This document shows, piece by piece, positions 19,286-30,093 of a stretch of DNA of 64,000 nucleotides. Each line of letters starts with the position of its first letter. Positions within the stretch are counted from its first letter, which is position 1. The position numbers and the translations under genes were made by a program. Source of the DNA: Vulcanimicrobiota bacterium. Its GTDB lineage: Bacteria > Vulcanimicrobiota > Vulcanimicrobiia > Vulcanimicrobiales > Vulcanimicrobiaceae. The stretch covers positions 32,001 to 96,000 of the forward strand of contig CAWHWQ010000002.1 in assembly GCA_963833095.1 (NCBI GenBank), in the 5' to 3' direction. The notes beneath the pieces are model-generated. The model worked only from the letters and a program-made list of their open reading frames with translations. It did not search any database and had not been told where the DNA came from.

Positions 19286-20914
19286 TTAAAATACCGATCG
19301 CTCCGTGTAGCGTCCATAAACGCTGGCCATCGCTTCGACGATTTCGCCCTCGGTACAATACGCGTTGACGCAGTCAATGAGATGCGGCATCACGTTGTCA
19401 CCCTCGTTGCGGCACGCCTGTTGCAAACGCTCCAGCGTTTGTTGTGCGCGGTTGCCGTCGCGTGAGCTGCGTAGTTCCGCGAGCTGGCGGCTCTGCTCGC
19501 GCGCAACTTCCTCGGTGATTTTGAGGAGGTCGATCTGCATGCGCTCTTCGGGCCGTTCGAAATAGTTGACGCCGACGATGACGCGATCTTTCGACTCGAT
19601 CGAACGCTGGTAGCGGTAACTCGCCTCGGCGATTTCCTTTTGGAAGAAGCCCGCCTCGATCGCCTCGACCACGCCGCCGTAGCCTTCGATCTGCTCGAAG
19701 TAGGCTTCGGCCTCGCGCTCCATCTGATCGGTCAACGCTTCGACGAAGTACGACCCGCCCAGCGGATCGACGACGTTGGTCACGTTGGTTTCGTAGGCCA
19801 AAACTTGCTGTGTGCGTAGCGCAATCTCGACCGATTTTTCGGTCGGCAGCGCCAGCACTTCGTCCATCGAGTTGGTGTGCAGGGATTGCGTCCCGCCCAG
19901 TACCGCGGCCATCGCCTCATAGGCGACGCGCACGATGTTGTTCTCGGGCTGTTGCGCGGTAGCGCTGCAGCCGGCGGTCTGGGTGTGGAAGCGCAGCTGC
20001 CACGACTTGGGGTTCTTGGCACCGTAACGTTCGCGCATGCGCCGGGCGTAGATGCGACGCGCGGCGCGGAATTTGGCGATCTCTTCGAAGAAATCGATGT
20101 GCGAGTTGAAAAAGAAGGAGAGGCGCGGTGCGAACGCGTCGACGTCGAGTCCGCGCTCTATCGCCGCTTCCACATACGCGAAGCCGTCGGCGAGCGTGAA
20201 CGCGAGTTCTTGCGCCGCAGTCGACCCGGCTTCGCGAATATGATAGCCCGAGATCGAGATCGTGTTCCATTTTGGCATCTCGGCAGTGCAGAACTCGATC
20301 ATGTCGACGATCACGCGCATATGCGGACGCGGCGGAAAGATCCATTCTTTCTGCGCGATGTACTCTTTGAGGATGTCGGCTTGAATCGTGCCGCCGAGCA
20401 GCTTGCGCGAGATGCCTTTTTTCTCGGCCGCGGCGATGTATTGCGCGACCGCGATCGCAGCCGGACCGTTGATCGTCATCGAGGTCGTGATATCGGCCAT
20501 GTCGATGCCGTCAAAAAGCGTTTCCATATCGCGCAGTGAGTCGATCGCGACGCCGCACTTGCCGACCTCGCCGCGTGCCTGCGGCGCATCGGAGTCGTAC
20601 CCCATCAGCGTCGGCATGTCGAACGCGACCGAAAGACCGTGCTGGCCCTGGGCCAGCAAGAAATGGTAGCGTTCGTTGGTCTGCTTGGCATTGCCGAAAC
20701 CGGCGAATTGCCGCATCGTCCACAACCGGTCGCGATAGCCGTTGGGATGGATCCCTCGGGTATACGGATACTCGCCGGGCAGCGGTTCGACGCGCTCCAC
20801 GTCGTGGGGTTCGTAGACGGTCTTGAGCGGAACGTCCGAGATCGTACGGTCGACCGCGCCTGAGCCCGGGCCGGTCCGGCCCGCGGCCGCCGGCCGCTCG
20901 ATCATCTTTGCCAA
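19286..20914 (-). CDS. B12-dependent acyl-CoA mutase large subunit (isobutyryl-CoA mutase-like)
   Basis: [46 protein letters not shown]. Confidence 0.92.
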   Translation of the reverse strand: MAKMIERPAAAGRTGPGSGAVDRTISDVPLKTVYEPHDVERVEPLPGEYPYTRGIHPNGYRDRLWTMRQFAGFGNAKQTNERYHFLLAQGQHGLSVAFDMPTLMGYDSDAPQARGEVGKCGVAIDSLRDMETLFDGIDMADITTSMTINGPAAIAVAQYIAAAEKKGISRKLLGGTIQADILKEYIAQKEWIFPPRPHMRVIVDMIEFCTAEMPKWNTISISGYHIREAGSTAAQELAFTLADGFAYVEAAIERGLDVDAFAPRLSFFFNSHIDFFEEIAKFRAARRIYARRMRERYGAKNPKSWQLRFHTQTAGCSATAQQPENNIVRVAYEAMAAVLGGTQSLHTNSMDEVLALPTEKSVEIALRTQQVLAYETNVTNVVDPLGGSYFVEALTDQMEREAEAYFEQIEGYGGVVEAIEAGFFQKEIAEASYRYQRSIESKDRVIVGVNYFERPEERMQIDLLKITEEVAREQSRQLAELRSSRDGNRAQQTLERLQQACRNEGDNVMPHLIDCVNAYCTEGEIVEAMASVYGRYTERSVF

Positions 20915-21011
20915 GCTGGCTTTCCTCTAAAAGGTGGTAGACGAGAGCTATTCTCCCAAACCGGCTCCCGCCCCGCAAGGGCTCGAGTCAGGGGAGGCAA
21001 ACCGGCCCAGA

Positions 21012-21353
21012 ATGGTCAGCATCGTTCTGGTCGCCGCCCTTGCAGTAGCTTCGCCGTCGCTTTATGCGGGCTACCCGGCATTGGACTATCAATCGAAATC
21101 CGCGCCGGCGTTCGCTCGCGATCACCGTCATGAGATTGCCGAGACGCTTCGTCGGACAACGCCCGCGGACCGACGGCGGCTTCGTTACACGATGGCGCTA
21201 ACCGGTCGCGGCGACCAAAGAGTGTTCGTTATATTTCGCGATATCGAGCAACCCGCGGACACAACGCTGAGGCAGCTCTACGTCGTTCTGAATCTTCGCA
21301 ACGTGAACTACGATCCGTTCACGAACACCATCGTTGCCCAGCCGGCATTCTAG
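21012..21353 (+). CDS. Small secreted hypothetical protein
   Basis: Signal-like MVSIVLVAALAVAS; fills the gap between neighbouring genes. Confidence 0.6.
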   Translation: MVSIVLVAALAVASPSLYAGYPALDYQSKSAPAFARDHRHEIAETLRRTTPADRRRLRYTMALTGRGDQRVFVIFRDIEQPADTTLRQLYVVLNLRNVNYDPFTNTIVAQPAF

Positions 21354-22160
21354 TTACGGCGTCGGTGTGGCGTCAAACAGACCTGCCAGTGGATCGGGGG
21401 CGCCCTCGCGGCGATGCTCGTCGTAGGCGCGCTGGTTGAAGAGCCAGTCGGGAAGCGAATCGGGGAACCGCATCTTCTCGACGTGCAGTTCACGATAGAA
21501 CGGCGGGTCTGAACCGCCCGGATGATAGATCGCGACCCAACTGCCGGCGATCAGATACGAACCAACCGGGACGAAATTGACCGTCAAATAGACCGTCGCT
21601 GAGGGAAAGTTGAAGTCGTGCGTGACGTAGTCGGCGCGCCGGACGTCGTGCGTCGTGGTATCGATCCACAGGTCGCGCAATGCGTGTTGCTCGGGATCGG
21701 ACGTCGGATCGAGCGCGATGTGGTACGTTTCGTGCCCGTCGATGTTGTCGACGCTTTGCACGCCGGCGCGATACACCGGTCGCGCGTACGCGTTCACGAC
21801 CGCGATCGTGCGAAGATCGGCGGCGAGACTCGTCGTCTCTTCCTGCTGCCCAGGCGGCGCCGTTGCGCCACGTGGCGCCGGCGTTGCATGCACGACAGCC
21901 TCGTGCAGCGTGATCGAGAGCGGCCCAACGAAAGCGCGATACACGCTAGCTTGCGGGAGCGAATCATTGTGAATCAGCTCAGCGTCGTTCATCATCTCGT
22001 CGGAGCCACGAAACGCGATGCGGTGCACGTCGCCGTTTTCGGTTGTCATGTACACGACGTACGGCGGCGTACCGTACGAGCGAATCCGCTCGTACGCTTG
22101 CTCAATGATGGCTTGCGCCGGTGGCGGGCTTGGCGGAGGACTGGGTGCGATCAACCCCAC
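21354..22160 (-). CDS. Hypothetical protein (periplasmic beta-rich type)
   Basis: 268 aa ORF coupled to meaB; Pro-rich termini; LRDLWID motif; start could be TTG 22154. Confidence 0.65.
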   Translation of the reverse strand: MGLIAPSPPPSPPPAQAIIEQAYERIRSYGTPPYVVYMTTENGDVHRIAFRGSDEMMNDAELIHNDSLPQASVYRAFVGPLSITLHEAVVHATPAPRGATAPPGQQEETTSLAADLRTIAVVNAYARPVYRAGVQSVDNIDGHETYHIALDPTSDPEQHALRDLWIDTTTHDVRRADYVTHDFNFPSATVYLTVNFVPVGSYLIAGSWVAIYHPGGSDPPFYRELHVEKMRFPDSLPDWLFNQRAYDEHRREGAPDPLAGLFDATPTP

Positions 22161-23056
22161 CTCTGGAGCAAGGCTTCGGCGGCCGCGTATGGATCCAGCC
22201 CGATCGGCAAACGCTGGTCAAGATCGTCGTCGACGCGTTCCTGGAGTTTTCCGAGCACCAGTTGACGCACTTGATGCGCGAATGCCTCGCGGCGTTTGTT
22301 CTCGATTTCGCCGGTTTCGTCGAGATACGCGCGGTGCGATTCGATGGCGCGCCACAAGTCGTCGACGCCTTCGCCCGAAAGCGCCTGCGTCATCACCAGC
22401 GCCGGAACCCAGCCCTTGAATTCGAGCATCTCCATCATGCCCCGAATCTCGCGGCGCATCTGATTGGCCATTGGGTGATCGGCTTTGTTGACGACGAACA
22501 CGTCGGCTATTTCCATAATGCCGGCTTTGAGCACCTGAATGGAATCGCCGCTGCCCGGTTGCAGCGCAACCAACGTCGTTTGCGCAAGTTCGGCGATCTC
22601 GATTTCGCTTTGGCCAACGCCCACCGTCTCGATGAGGATCACTTCGAGTCCAAACGCGTCCATCAGCACGATTGTGTCGGCCGTCGCGCCCGACACACCG
22701 CCGAGGTGCCCGCGGCTTGCCATCGACCGGATAAAAACATCGGGATCGACGAAGTGCTCGGTGAGACGGATGCGATCGCCGAGCAATGCCCCGTGCGAGA
22801 AAGGCGAGCTCGGATCGACCGAGATTACGCCGACCGTCTTTCCCAGCGAGCGTGCTTTGCGCACCAGGGCCGAGGAAAGCGTCGATTTTCCAACGCCGGG
22901 TGGCCCGGTCAGCCCAATGGTCAACGCGCGGCCGGCTTGGGGATACACGTGCCGGATCAGTTCGGCGCCGCGTCCGCTTTCGGTCCACGAAATCGCGCGC
23001 GCCAAACCGCGCGGACGACGGGCGTCGAAGTCGCGCAGCACTGCATCTACATTCAT
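22151..23056 (-). CDS. meaB: Mutase-associated GTPase chaperone MeaB/ArgK
   Basis: GPPGVGKST, VDPSSPFSHGALLGDRIR, ETVGVGQSE, VNKAD. Confidence 0.93.
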   Translation of the reverse strand: MNVDAVLRDFDARRPRGLARAISWTESGRGAELIRHVYPQAGRALTIGLTGPPGVGKSTLSSALVRKARSLGKTVGVISVDPSSPFSHGALLGDRIRLTEHFVDPDVFIRSMASRGHLGGVSGATADTIVLMDAFGLEVILIETVGVGQSEIEIAELAQTTLVALQPGSGDSIQVLKAGIMEIADVFVVNKADHPMANQMRREIRGMMEMLEFKGWVPALVMTQALSGEGVDDLWRAIESHRAYLDETGEIENKRREAFAHQVRQLVLGKLQERVDDDLDQRLPIGLDPYAAAEALLQRWG

Positions 23057-23130
23057 CGAGGGTGCCAAAGTACCGGGGGATTGCGGTGATCACCCGGGAT
23101 CACCCTCCCCGCCGTGGAAGAACGTATGCA

Positions 23131-24453
23131 ATGCTGCCTGCGGCGCTCCTGGCAACGTCGCTGGCGTTGACGCCCGCGCAATCGGCGAAGATCGATGCGG
23201 TGGTCGCGCAAGTGATGCAAACGAGCCATATTCGGGGGCTCTCCCTCGGTGTTGCCCGCAAGGGTCATGTCGTATTCTTACGTGGCTATGGCACACGCGA
23301 CTGCTCGGCCACCGCACGCGCCAATGCGTACACGGTTTTTCGCATCGGTTCGATTACCAAACAGTTCACGGCGGCGCTCGTGATGCAAGAAGCCGATCGC
23401 AGCGCACTCCCGCTCAACGCCGAACTCGACGGAATCACCGTCGTGGAACTGCTCTCGCAGACCAGTGGACTCGTCTCGTACACCGATCCGGGACAAACGT
23501 TGGACTCGGCCCTCAACGCCCCGCCGCAGTTTGCACCCGGCACGCAGTGGCAATACAGCAACAGCAACTACTATCTTCTGGGAACAGCGCTGCAATCGGT
23601 GACCAAAAAAAGTTTCGCCTCGCTCCTCGCCGAGCGCATCACCGGACCGTTGCACTTGACCTCGACCACCTTCTATCCGCCGCTGGAACGAAACGTGGCG
23701 CAGGGCTGCGTGTGGGACGGTTCGGGATGGACCATCGCACCCGATGGCCCCAACGATCAAGCCGACCTCGCGCTTAGCGCCGGCGCGATGAGCAGCAACG
23801 TTCCCGACTTACTCACGTGGCTATGGAATCTGTACGACGGCACCATTGTCACGCCCGATAGCTTCGATGCGATGACCACGTCGTGGACGCTCGCTGACGG
23901 AACGCCGACGAACTACGGCTTCGGTTTTTTCACCGACAAATGGTACGGCCTGCGTGTCGCGCAGCACACCGGGTACATCGACGGCTTTAGCGGCGATGAC
24001 GCGCTCGTGCTCGATGACGGCACGGGATTTGCAATCCTTTCCAACGCCGATCGCGTTTCGCTCGTACCGCTGGCGAAGAGCTTGGTCGAGATCGTCGAGC
24101 CGCTCAAGGATCGGTCGCTCGTGGCGACGTTCTCGCAGCCGGGCGTGTTCGAGGATCCGGCTGTCACCGCACTTGTGAAAACGATCGCCGCGCAATTTGC
24201 AACCGGCGAGGTCGATCGATCGCTACTCTCGCCCGGATTTTCGGCAATGCTCGATGAAAGCCGCCTGGGCGCGTATCAGCGCGCGCTGCAGCCGCTGGGG
24301 AAACTCGAGCAGGCTTTGTTCAATGAGTCGACGACCGTCGGCTCGGTGACGAGTGACGTTTACACCTTGATCTTCGCGCGCGGCCGTCTGATCATGACGT
24401 TGAGCCTGCGCAGCGGAAAGGTCGACGCGCTGACGCTGGAGAGCGGGCGCTAG
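23131..24453 (+). CDS. Secreted serine hydrolase (beta-lactamase family)
   Basis: SITK, YSN, HTG motifs; signal peptide. Confidence 0.88.
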   Translation: MLPAALLATSLALTPAQSAKIDAVVAQVMQTSHIRGLSLGVARKGHVVFLRGYGTRDCSATARANAYTVFRIGSITKQFTAALVMQEADRSALPLNAELDGITVVELLSQTSGLVSYTDPGQTLDSALNAPPQFAPGTQWQYSNSNYYLLGTALQSVTKKSFASLLAERITGPLHLTSTTFYPPLERNVAQGCVWDGSGWTIAPDGPNDQADLALSAGAMSSNVPDLLTWLWNLYDGTIVTPDSFDAMTTSWTLADGTPTNYGFGFFTDKWYGLRVAQHTGYIDGFSGDDALVLDDGTGFAILSNADRVSLVPLAKSLVEIVEPLKDRSLVATFSQPGVFEDPAVTALVKTIAAQFATGEVDRSLLSPGFSAMLDESRLGAYQRALQPLGKLEQALFNESTTVGSVTSDVYTLIFARGRLIMTLSLRSGKVDALTLESGR

Positions 24454-24456
24454 ACC

Positions 24457-25833
24457 ATGTTCCGCGCGATTACCGCGGCGTTGCTGATCGCGCAAGCGCT
24501 TATCATCCCGATGACCGGAGCGCGCACCCGCGGCATTCAAACCGAATCGCTCTTTCACACGCTGTTCCACGATTTTTTTCCTGAAGACGACGGCACGACC
24601 TACGTGCAGACCGGCGACATCCCGGCGATGTGGCTTCGCGATTCGTCGGCCCAAACAATCCCCTACGTGCGCTTCCAATCCGACTATCCACTGTTGCGAG
24701 CGCGCTTTGCCGGCGTAATCGAGCGCAATGCGCGCGCTATCGACAAGGACGTCTACGCCAACGCGTTTCAGGAAGACTATCACGCCTGGGAGCGCAAGTG
24801 GGAGGTCGATTCTATCGCGTGGCCGGTCGTGCTAACGCTGTCCTACTTCGACGCGACGCACGATCGCACGATTTTCACGCCGAACCTGCACGTAGCGCTG
24901 CGTCAAATCGTCTACACATATAATTGCGAAGAACACCATCGCGAATGCAGCCGATACGTCTATCCGTACCACGTGCCGACACGGCAAGAATTCGACGAGG
25001 GAACCGGCCTGATTTGGGGCGCGTTTCGGCCATCCGACGACCCGGTCGTGTACCGTTTCAACATTCCGCAGAACGTGCTCGCTGCCGTTGCCCTACGCGA
25101 CATCGTAAAACTAGCGCGCGTCGGGTACGGCGACGCGGAGCTGAGCGCGCGCGCACAGGCGTTGGAGGAGCGCATTGTCACGGGCATCCTGCGCTACGGC
25201 ATCTTTTTCAACGCGCAGCGCGGCGTCTGGATGTACGCCTACGAAACCGATGGGTACGGCAACTACAACGTCATGGACGACGCCAACCTTCCCGACCTCA
25301 CGGCGCTGCCCACCATCGATTGGTGCTCGGCCTACGATCCGACCTATCTCAATACGCGCACCTTTGCCTTGAGCATGGACAACCCGTGGTACTTTAGCGG
25401 CCGTTACGCCCAGGGACTCGGAAGCCCGCACACGCCGTACGGCTATGTTTGGCCGCTGGGCATCATCGCGCGCGCGATCACGTCGACCGACACGCGCGAG
25501 ATCACGAACAGCATCACGACGTTGGCCGAAACCGACAGCGAGAACGGCCTCATTCACGAGAGCTTCTATCCCGACGGATACTGGCGATTCACGCGTCAGG
25601 AGTTCGGATGGGCGAACGCGCTCTACGCCGAGCTGCTGTTTCGCACGATGGCGGGATACCCGGCGCTCGACCACGTTGCAGGCGACGGCGTGATGCTGCC
25701 CTTTCAGCGGCGCTCGCAGACACCGGTGCTGGTGTCGGAGATCGACCAGCTCGTAAATACCGCCGATATTGTGAGCGCGCTTGGGCGGCTACTCTATGAG
25801 GGACGCCAAGCCGCGATCAATCAGGCGCCATAG
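24457..25833 (+). CDS. Glycoside hydrolase family 125 (exo-alpha-1,6-mannosidase-like), secreted
   Basis: TGDIPAMWLRDS, ERKWEVDS, FRPSDD, MDDANLP, FGWAN. Confidence 0.88.
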   Translation: MFRAITAALLIAQALIIPMTGARTRGIQTESLFHTLFHDFFPEDDGTTYVQTGDIPAMWLRDSSAQTIPYVRFQSDYPLLRARFAGVIERNARAIDKDVYANAFQEDYHAWERKWEVDSIAWPVVLTLSYFDATHDRTIFTPNLHVALRQIVYTYNCEEHHRECSRYVYPYHVPTRQEFDEGTGLIWGAFRPSDDPVVYRFNIPQNVLAAVALRDIVKLARVGYGDAELSARAQALEERIVTGILRYGIFFNAQRGVWMYAYETDGYGNYNVMDDANLPDLTALPTIDWCSAYDPTYLNTRTFALSMDNPWYFSGRYAQGLGSPHTPYGYVWPLGIIARAITSTDTREITNSITTLAETDSENGLIHESFYPDGYWRFTRQEFGWANALYAELLFRTMAGYPALDHVAGDGVMLPFQRRSQTPVLVSEIDQLVNTADIVSALGRLLYEGRQAAINQAP

Positions 25834-26537
25834 CGTCGCTGGCGCTCGCCGTAGACCGTGAGCGCTTGCGTGAACGTCGTCTCGTCGAAATCGGGCCACA
25901 TCACCGGCAGCGTGAGGAGTTCGGTATAGGCAAGCTGGTAGAGCAAGAAGTTCGACACGCGGTGTTCGGCGCCGGTGCGAATCAACAGATCGGGATCGGG
26001 CGCATGCGGCGCGTACATTTGAGCGCGCAGCTTGGCTTCGTCGATGTCCTGCGGGGCGAGGCTTCCGGCGGCAACTTGAGCAGCGACCGCTTGCACCGCG
26101 CGCACGATCTCGCTGCGTCCGCTGTAATTGAGCGCGAGCGCAAGGGTAATGCGCGTGTTCGCTTTGGTTGCGTTCACTAAATCGCGCAGCGCCGAGCGCG
26201 CGGGCAACGCGAACGCATCCAACTCACCAATGATTTCGACACGCACGCCCTGGCGCAGGAGATCGGGCTTTTCGGTGCGCGCGCACGCTGCGTAGAGCCC
26301 CATCAACAGGCTCACCTCAGCCGATTCGCGCTGCCAATTCTCGGTCGAAAAGCCGTACGCGGTGACGCGACGCACGCCCGCTTGGGCGCCGGCCCGCACC
26401 GCTGCCCGAAGCGCGGACACCCCGCGGCGATACCCTTCAGCGATCGGCAAGCCTCGCTCGCGTGCCCACCGGCGATTGCCGTCCATGATGACGGCGACGT
26501 GCTGGGGAGCGGCTTCGGGAAGGCGGGCTTGCAACAT
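25821..26537 (-). CDS. uppS: Polyprenyl/undecaprenyl diphosphate synthase
   Basis: HVAVIMDGNRRWA, FSTENWQR, DLLIRTG, SNFLLYQ. Confidence 0.9.
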   Translation of the reverse strand: MLQARLPEAAPQHVAVIMDGNRRWARERGLPIAEGYRRGVSALRAAVRAGAQAGVRRVTAYGFSTENWQRESAEVSLLMGLYAACARTEKPDLLRQGVRVEIIGELDAFALPARSALRDLVNATKANTRITLALALNYSGRSEIVRAVQAVAAQVAAGSLAPQDIDEAKLRAQMYAPHAPDPDLLIRTGAEHRVSNFLLYQLAYTELLTLPVMWPDFDETTFTQALTVYGERQRRYGA

Positions 26538-26611
26538 ATTTCACTTTGTACCACAAAGTAATGCCGGCCCGCAAGAGCGCGCCCGCGCCTTCGCCAACTC
26601 ACCGCAGCACC

Positions 26612-29600
26612 ATGAGTCAAGGCTATTACCGGTACCCGACGATTTCGGGCGATCGCATCGTCTTCGTTTGCGAGGATGACCTTTGGAGCGTCGCCGCGAC
26701 CGGAGGGGTCGCGACGCGTTTAACGGTGAGCTTTGGCACCTGCGTGACACCGCGGCTCTCGCCTGACGGCAGCACGATCGCTTTCATTTCAAACGACGAC
26801 GGCAATCCGGAAGTCTACGTCATGCCGGCGGGCGGCGGCAAACCGCAGCGCTTGACCTTCCTCGGCTCGACCATCGCGCAAGTCGTCGGCTGGAGCGCCG
26901 ATGGACGCGACATTCATTTCGTCGCCAATCCGCGCGCCTGGTACGAAGGCGAGACGCGCCCGTTCGTGATTGCGCGGGACGGCGGCGAACCACGCGACCT
27001 GCACCTTGGACACGGGCGCGCGTTTTCCGCAGGCGCGAGTGGCGCACTCGTCCTCGGGCGCAACGCGGTCGATCCCGCGCGCTGGAAACGCTATCGTGGC
27101 GGCACGGCCGGCGAAGTTTGGATCGACCCCTCGAGTCGCGGCGATTTCGAGAAGCTCAAACTGCCCGACGGGAATCCCGCGTGGCCGATGTGGATCGGCG
27201 AGCGCATCTATTTTCTGGCCGACCATGAAGGCATCGGCAACATCTATTCGTGTGCGCTCGACGGTAGCGACGTGACGCGCCACTCGAATGAGAGCGAGTA
27301 CTATGCGCGCTTTCCGTCGACCGACGGCACGCGCATCGTCTATTCGAGCGGCGGCGCCATTAGTGTGATCGATCTTGCAGGCGACACCGCAACGCAACTC
27401 GAGATCGATGCGCCCTCGCCCGAACCGCAAACCGTGCGTCGTTTCGAACACGCCTCCGAAGGGCTCGAGCACTTCGCACCGAGTCCCGATGGGACGCGCC
27501 TCGCCTTCATCGCGCGCGGCCAAGCATTTACCATGCCGCTCTTCGAAGGCGCCGTGCTTCAGCATGGCGGCAGCAGTCGCGTGCGCACGCGGCTGACTGA
27601 GTGGCTCAAGGACGGCAAGCGCTTCGCCTGTGTGACCGACGGCAGCGGCTTCGAGCAGATCGCCGTGCAGCGCGCCGACGCTGCCGACGAAGCGAAGATC
27701 ATTACGTCGGGCGATATCGGCCGGGTCACCGAGCTGGCGGTCTCACCGGCAAGCGATATCATCGCGTTTGCGAATCATCGCCACGAGCTTTGTACGATCG
27801 ACCTCGACGACGGGAAGGTGCGGGTGATCGATACCAGCCCGGCCGACCGCGTCAGCGACCTCGCGTTTTCGCCCGACGGCCGCTACATCGCGTACGTGTG
27901 GTCGCCCACACGCGGCGCGTCGATCATTCGCGTGGCCAAGGTCCGCTCGGGCAAAGTGCACGATATTACCTCGCCGCTGCGCATCGACCACTCGCCGGCC
28001 TGGGATCCGCAGGGGAAATATCTCTATTTCATCTCCTCGCGCGACTTCCATCCGGTCTACGATGCGCTGCAATTCGACTTGAGCTTTCCGCAGGCGCAGC
28101 GGCCGTTCGTTGTGACGCTCCGTAGCGACGTGCCCTCGCCGTTTGTCCCGCTACCCCGGCCGATTCACCGCGACCACGACCACAATCACGATCACGACGA
28201 CGACAAGAAAGCCGAGAAACCCGAAGAACTGCGCATCGACATCGACTTCGACGAGATCGCCGGCCGCGTGCTCGGCTTCCCGGTCGAAGAGGGTGAGTAC
28301 GATCAACTCGTAGCCGTCAAAGGCCGCGTGCTCTACACGCGCTTTCCAGTCAAGGGCATTACGAATTCGCGAGATGACGACGAGGAAGCGTCGGGCGGCG
28401 GCACGCTGCTCGCCTACGATTTTGATACGCTGCGCCAAGGAACCGTCGCGAGCGACGTGAGCGAGGTCCGTCTCGGCACCGACGGGCGCACACTGTTGTA
28501 TCGCGCGCACGAGCGTTTGCGCGCGATCGATGCCACCGCCGATCTGGGTGACGACGAACCCGAAAAGCCGGCGAACGACACGGGGCGCAAAAGCGGCTGG
28601 ATCGATCTCGATCGGGCCAACGTCGAAATCGAGCCGCGCGACGAATGGGCGCAGATGTATCGTGAAGCGTGGCGTCTTCAAACGGAGCAGTTCTGGGTCG
28701 AAGACATGAGCGACATCGACTGGGATCGCGTCTACGACCGCTACAAAGCGATCCTGCCGCGCGTCCGCACGCGCACCGAACTCTCCGACGTAATCTGGGA
28801 GATGCAAGGCGAACTCGGCACCTCGCATGCCTACGAGTACGGCGGCGACCATCGCATCCCGCCGCAGTATCAGCGAGGCTTTTTCGGCGCGGATCTGGCC
28901 TGGGACGAAGATCGTTCGGGCTACCGGATTACGCGTATCTACCGCGGCGATTCATGGAATCGCAGCGAGGATTCGCCGCTCGCCGAGCCGGGTCTCGACA
29001 TCCACGAGGGCGACGTACTGGTCGCACTGGGGAATAAGCGGCTCTCACGCGAGGTCTCGCCCGATCGCTTGTTGGTCAATGGTGCGGGCAAAGACATCTC
29101 GGTGACGCTCCGCACCCGCAAAGACGAAGAGCGCACGGTGCTCGTCAAAGCGCTTGCCAACGAGTCGCTGCTGCGCTATCGCGCATGGGTCGAAGCCAAT
29201 CGCCGCTACGTTCACGAGAAAACCAACGGCCGCGTAGGCTACATTCACATTCCCGACATGGGACCGTGGGGCTTCGCCGAGTTCCACCGCGGCTATCTCA
29301 ACGAGTTCGACCGCAAAGGGCTCATCGTCGACGTGCGTTACAACCGCGGCGGGCACGTCTCACCACTCTTGCTTGAAAAGCTCGGGCGCAAACGCGTCGG
29401 CTACGATGTGCCGCGTTACGGAACGGCGATTCCCTATCCACCCGAGTCCGTGGCCGGCCCGATGATGGCGATCACCAATCAGTTTGCCGGATCCGACGGT
29501 GACATCTTCAGCCACTGTTTCAAGCTCTACAAGCTTGGGCCGCTGGTCGGCAAACGCACCTGGGGCGGCGTCATCGGCATCAATCCGTACCATCATCTGG

Positions 29601-29845
29601 TCGACGGCACGCTCACCACGCAGCCGGAATATTCGTTCTGGTTCTCCGACGTCGGCTGGAAAGTGGAGAACTACGGCACCGATCCCGACTACGACGTGGA
29701 CTATGCGCCGCAAGATTATCGCGACGCGCGTGATCCGCAGATGGATTTCGCGTTGCGCATGATGGATCGCGCGCTCGAGTACACAACGGAGTTACGCCCC
29801 GACCTCTCGACCCGCCCGTCGCTGCCGCTCCCGACGCTGGTGTAA
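26612..29845 (+). CDS. Tricorn protease (S41)
   Basis: Propeller repeats, WKRYRGGTAG, ELGTSHAY, PDZ, AGSDGD, GKRTWGG. Confidence 0.93.
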   Translation: MSQGYYRYPTISGDRIVFVCEDDLWSVAATGGVATRLTVSFGTCVTPRLSPDGSTIAFISNDDGNPEVYVMPAGGGKPQRLTFLGSTIAQVVGWSADGRDIHFVANPRAWYEGETRPFVIARDGGEPRDLHLGHGRAFSAGASGALVLGRNAVDPARWKRYRGGTAGEVWIDPSSRGDFEKLKLPDGNPAWPMWIGERIYFLADHEGIGNIYSCALDGSDVTRHSNESEYYARFPSTDGTRIVYSSGGAISVIDLAGDTATQLEIDAPSPEPQTVRRFEHASEGLEHFAPSPDGTRLAFIARGQAFTMPLFEGAVLQHGGSSRVRTRLTEWLKDGKRFACVTDGSGFEQIAVQRADAADEAKIITSGDIGRVTELAVSPASDIIAFANHRHELCTIDLDDGKVRVIDTSPADRVSDLAFSPDGRYIAYVWSPTRGASIIRVAKVRSGKVHDITSPLRIDHSPAWDPQGKYLYFISSRDFHPVYDALQFDLSFPQAQRPFVVTLRSDVPSPFVPLPRPIHRDHDHNHDHDDDKKAEKPEELRIDIDFDEIAGRVLGFPVEEGEYDQLVAVKGRVLYTRFPVKGITNSRDDDEEASGGGTLLAYDFDTLRQGTVASDVSEVRLGTDGRTLLYRAHERLRAIDATADLGDDEPEKPANDTGRKSGWIDLDRANVEIEPRDEWAQMYREAWRLQTEQFWVEDMSDIDWDRVYDRYKAILPRVRTRTELSDVIWEMQGELGTSHAYEYGGDHRIPPQYQRGFFGADLAWDEDRSGYRITRIYRGDSWNRSEDSPLAEPGLDIHEGDVLVALGNKRLSREVSPDRLLVNGAGKDISVTLRTRKDEERTVLVKALANESLLRYRAWVEANRRYVHEKTNGRVGYIHIPDMGPWGFAEFHRGYLNEFDRKGLIVDVRYNRGGHVSPLLLEKLGRKRVGYDVPRYGTAIPYPPESVAGPMMAITNQFAGSDGDIFSHCFKLYKLGPLVGKRTWGGVIGINPYHHLVDGTLTTQPEYSFWFSDVGWKVENYGTDPDYDVDYAPQDYRDARDPQMDFALRMMDRALEYTTELRPDLSTRPSLPLPTLV

Positions 29846-29849
29846 GCCT

Positions 29850-30026
29850 TTGTCATCCCGAGCGTAGCTGCGAAGCAGCGTAGTCGAGGGAAGCGCCACC
29901 CACATGTTGCCCGCGAAGACGCTCCTCGCGGCACGTCGTGTGCCGCTCATGCTGCGCGAGAGCCTTCGCTTAGCAGCACGTGCGTGCCGGTCCCTCGACT
30001 TCGCTTCGCTATGCTCGGGATGACAA
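29850..30026. repeat. Inverted pair of REP-like palindromic elements (GTCATCCCGAGC...GTCGAGGGA type)
   Basis: TTGTCATCCCGAGC..GTCGAGGGA (29850-29891) is inverted at TCCCTCGAC..GCTCGGGATGACAA (29991-30026). Confidence 0.8.
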
Positions 30027-30093
30027 GAACATCAGCATTGTGCTACCGTCGGAGTGTTTGAGGTATCAGGTCCAACAGACACATCGAAGCGCG

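Noticed and set aside
23131..24453. Antibiotic-resistance beta-lactamase (also 52282-53682)
   Set aside because: Generic SxxK serine-hydrolase family members; substrate cannot be inferred.
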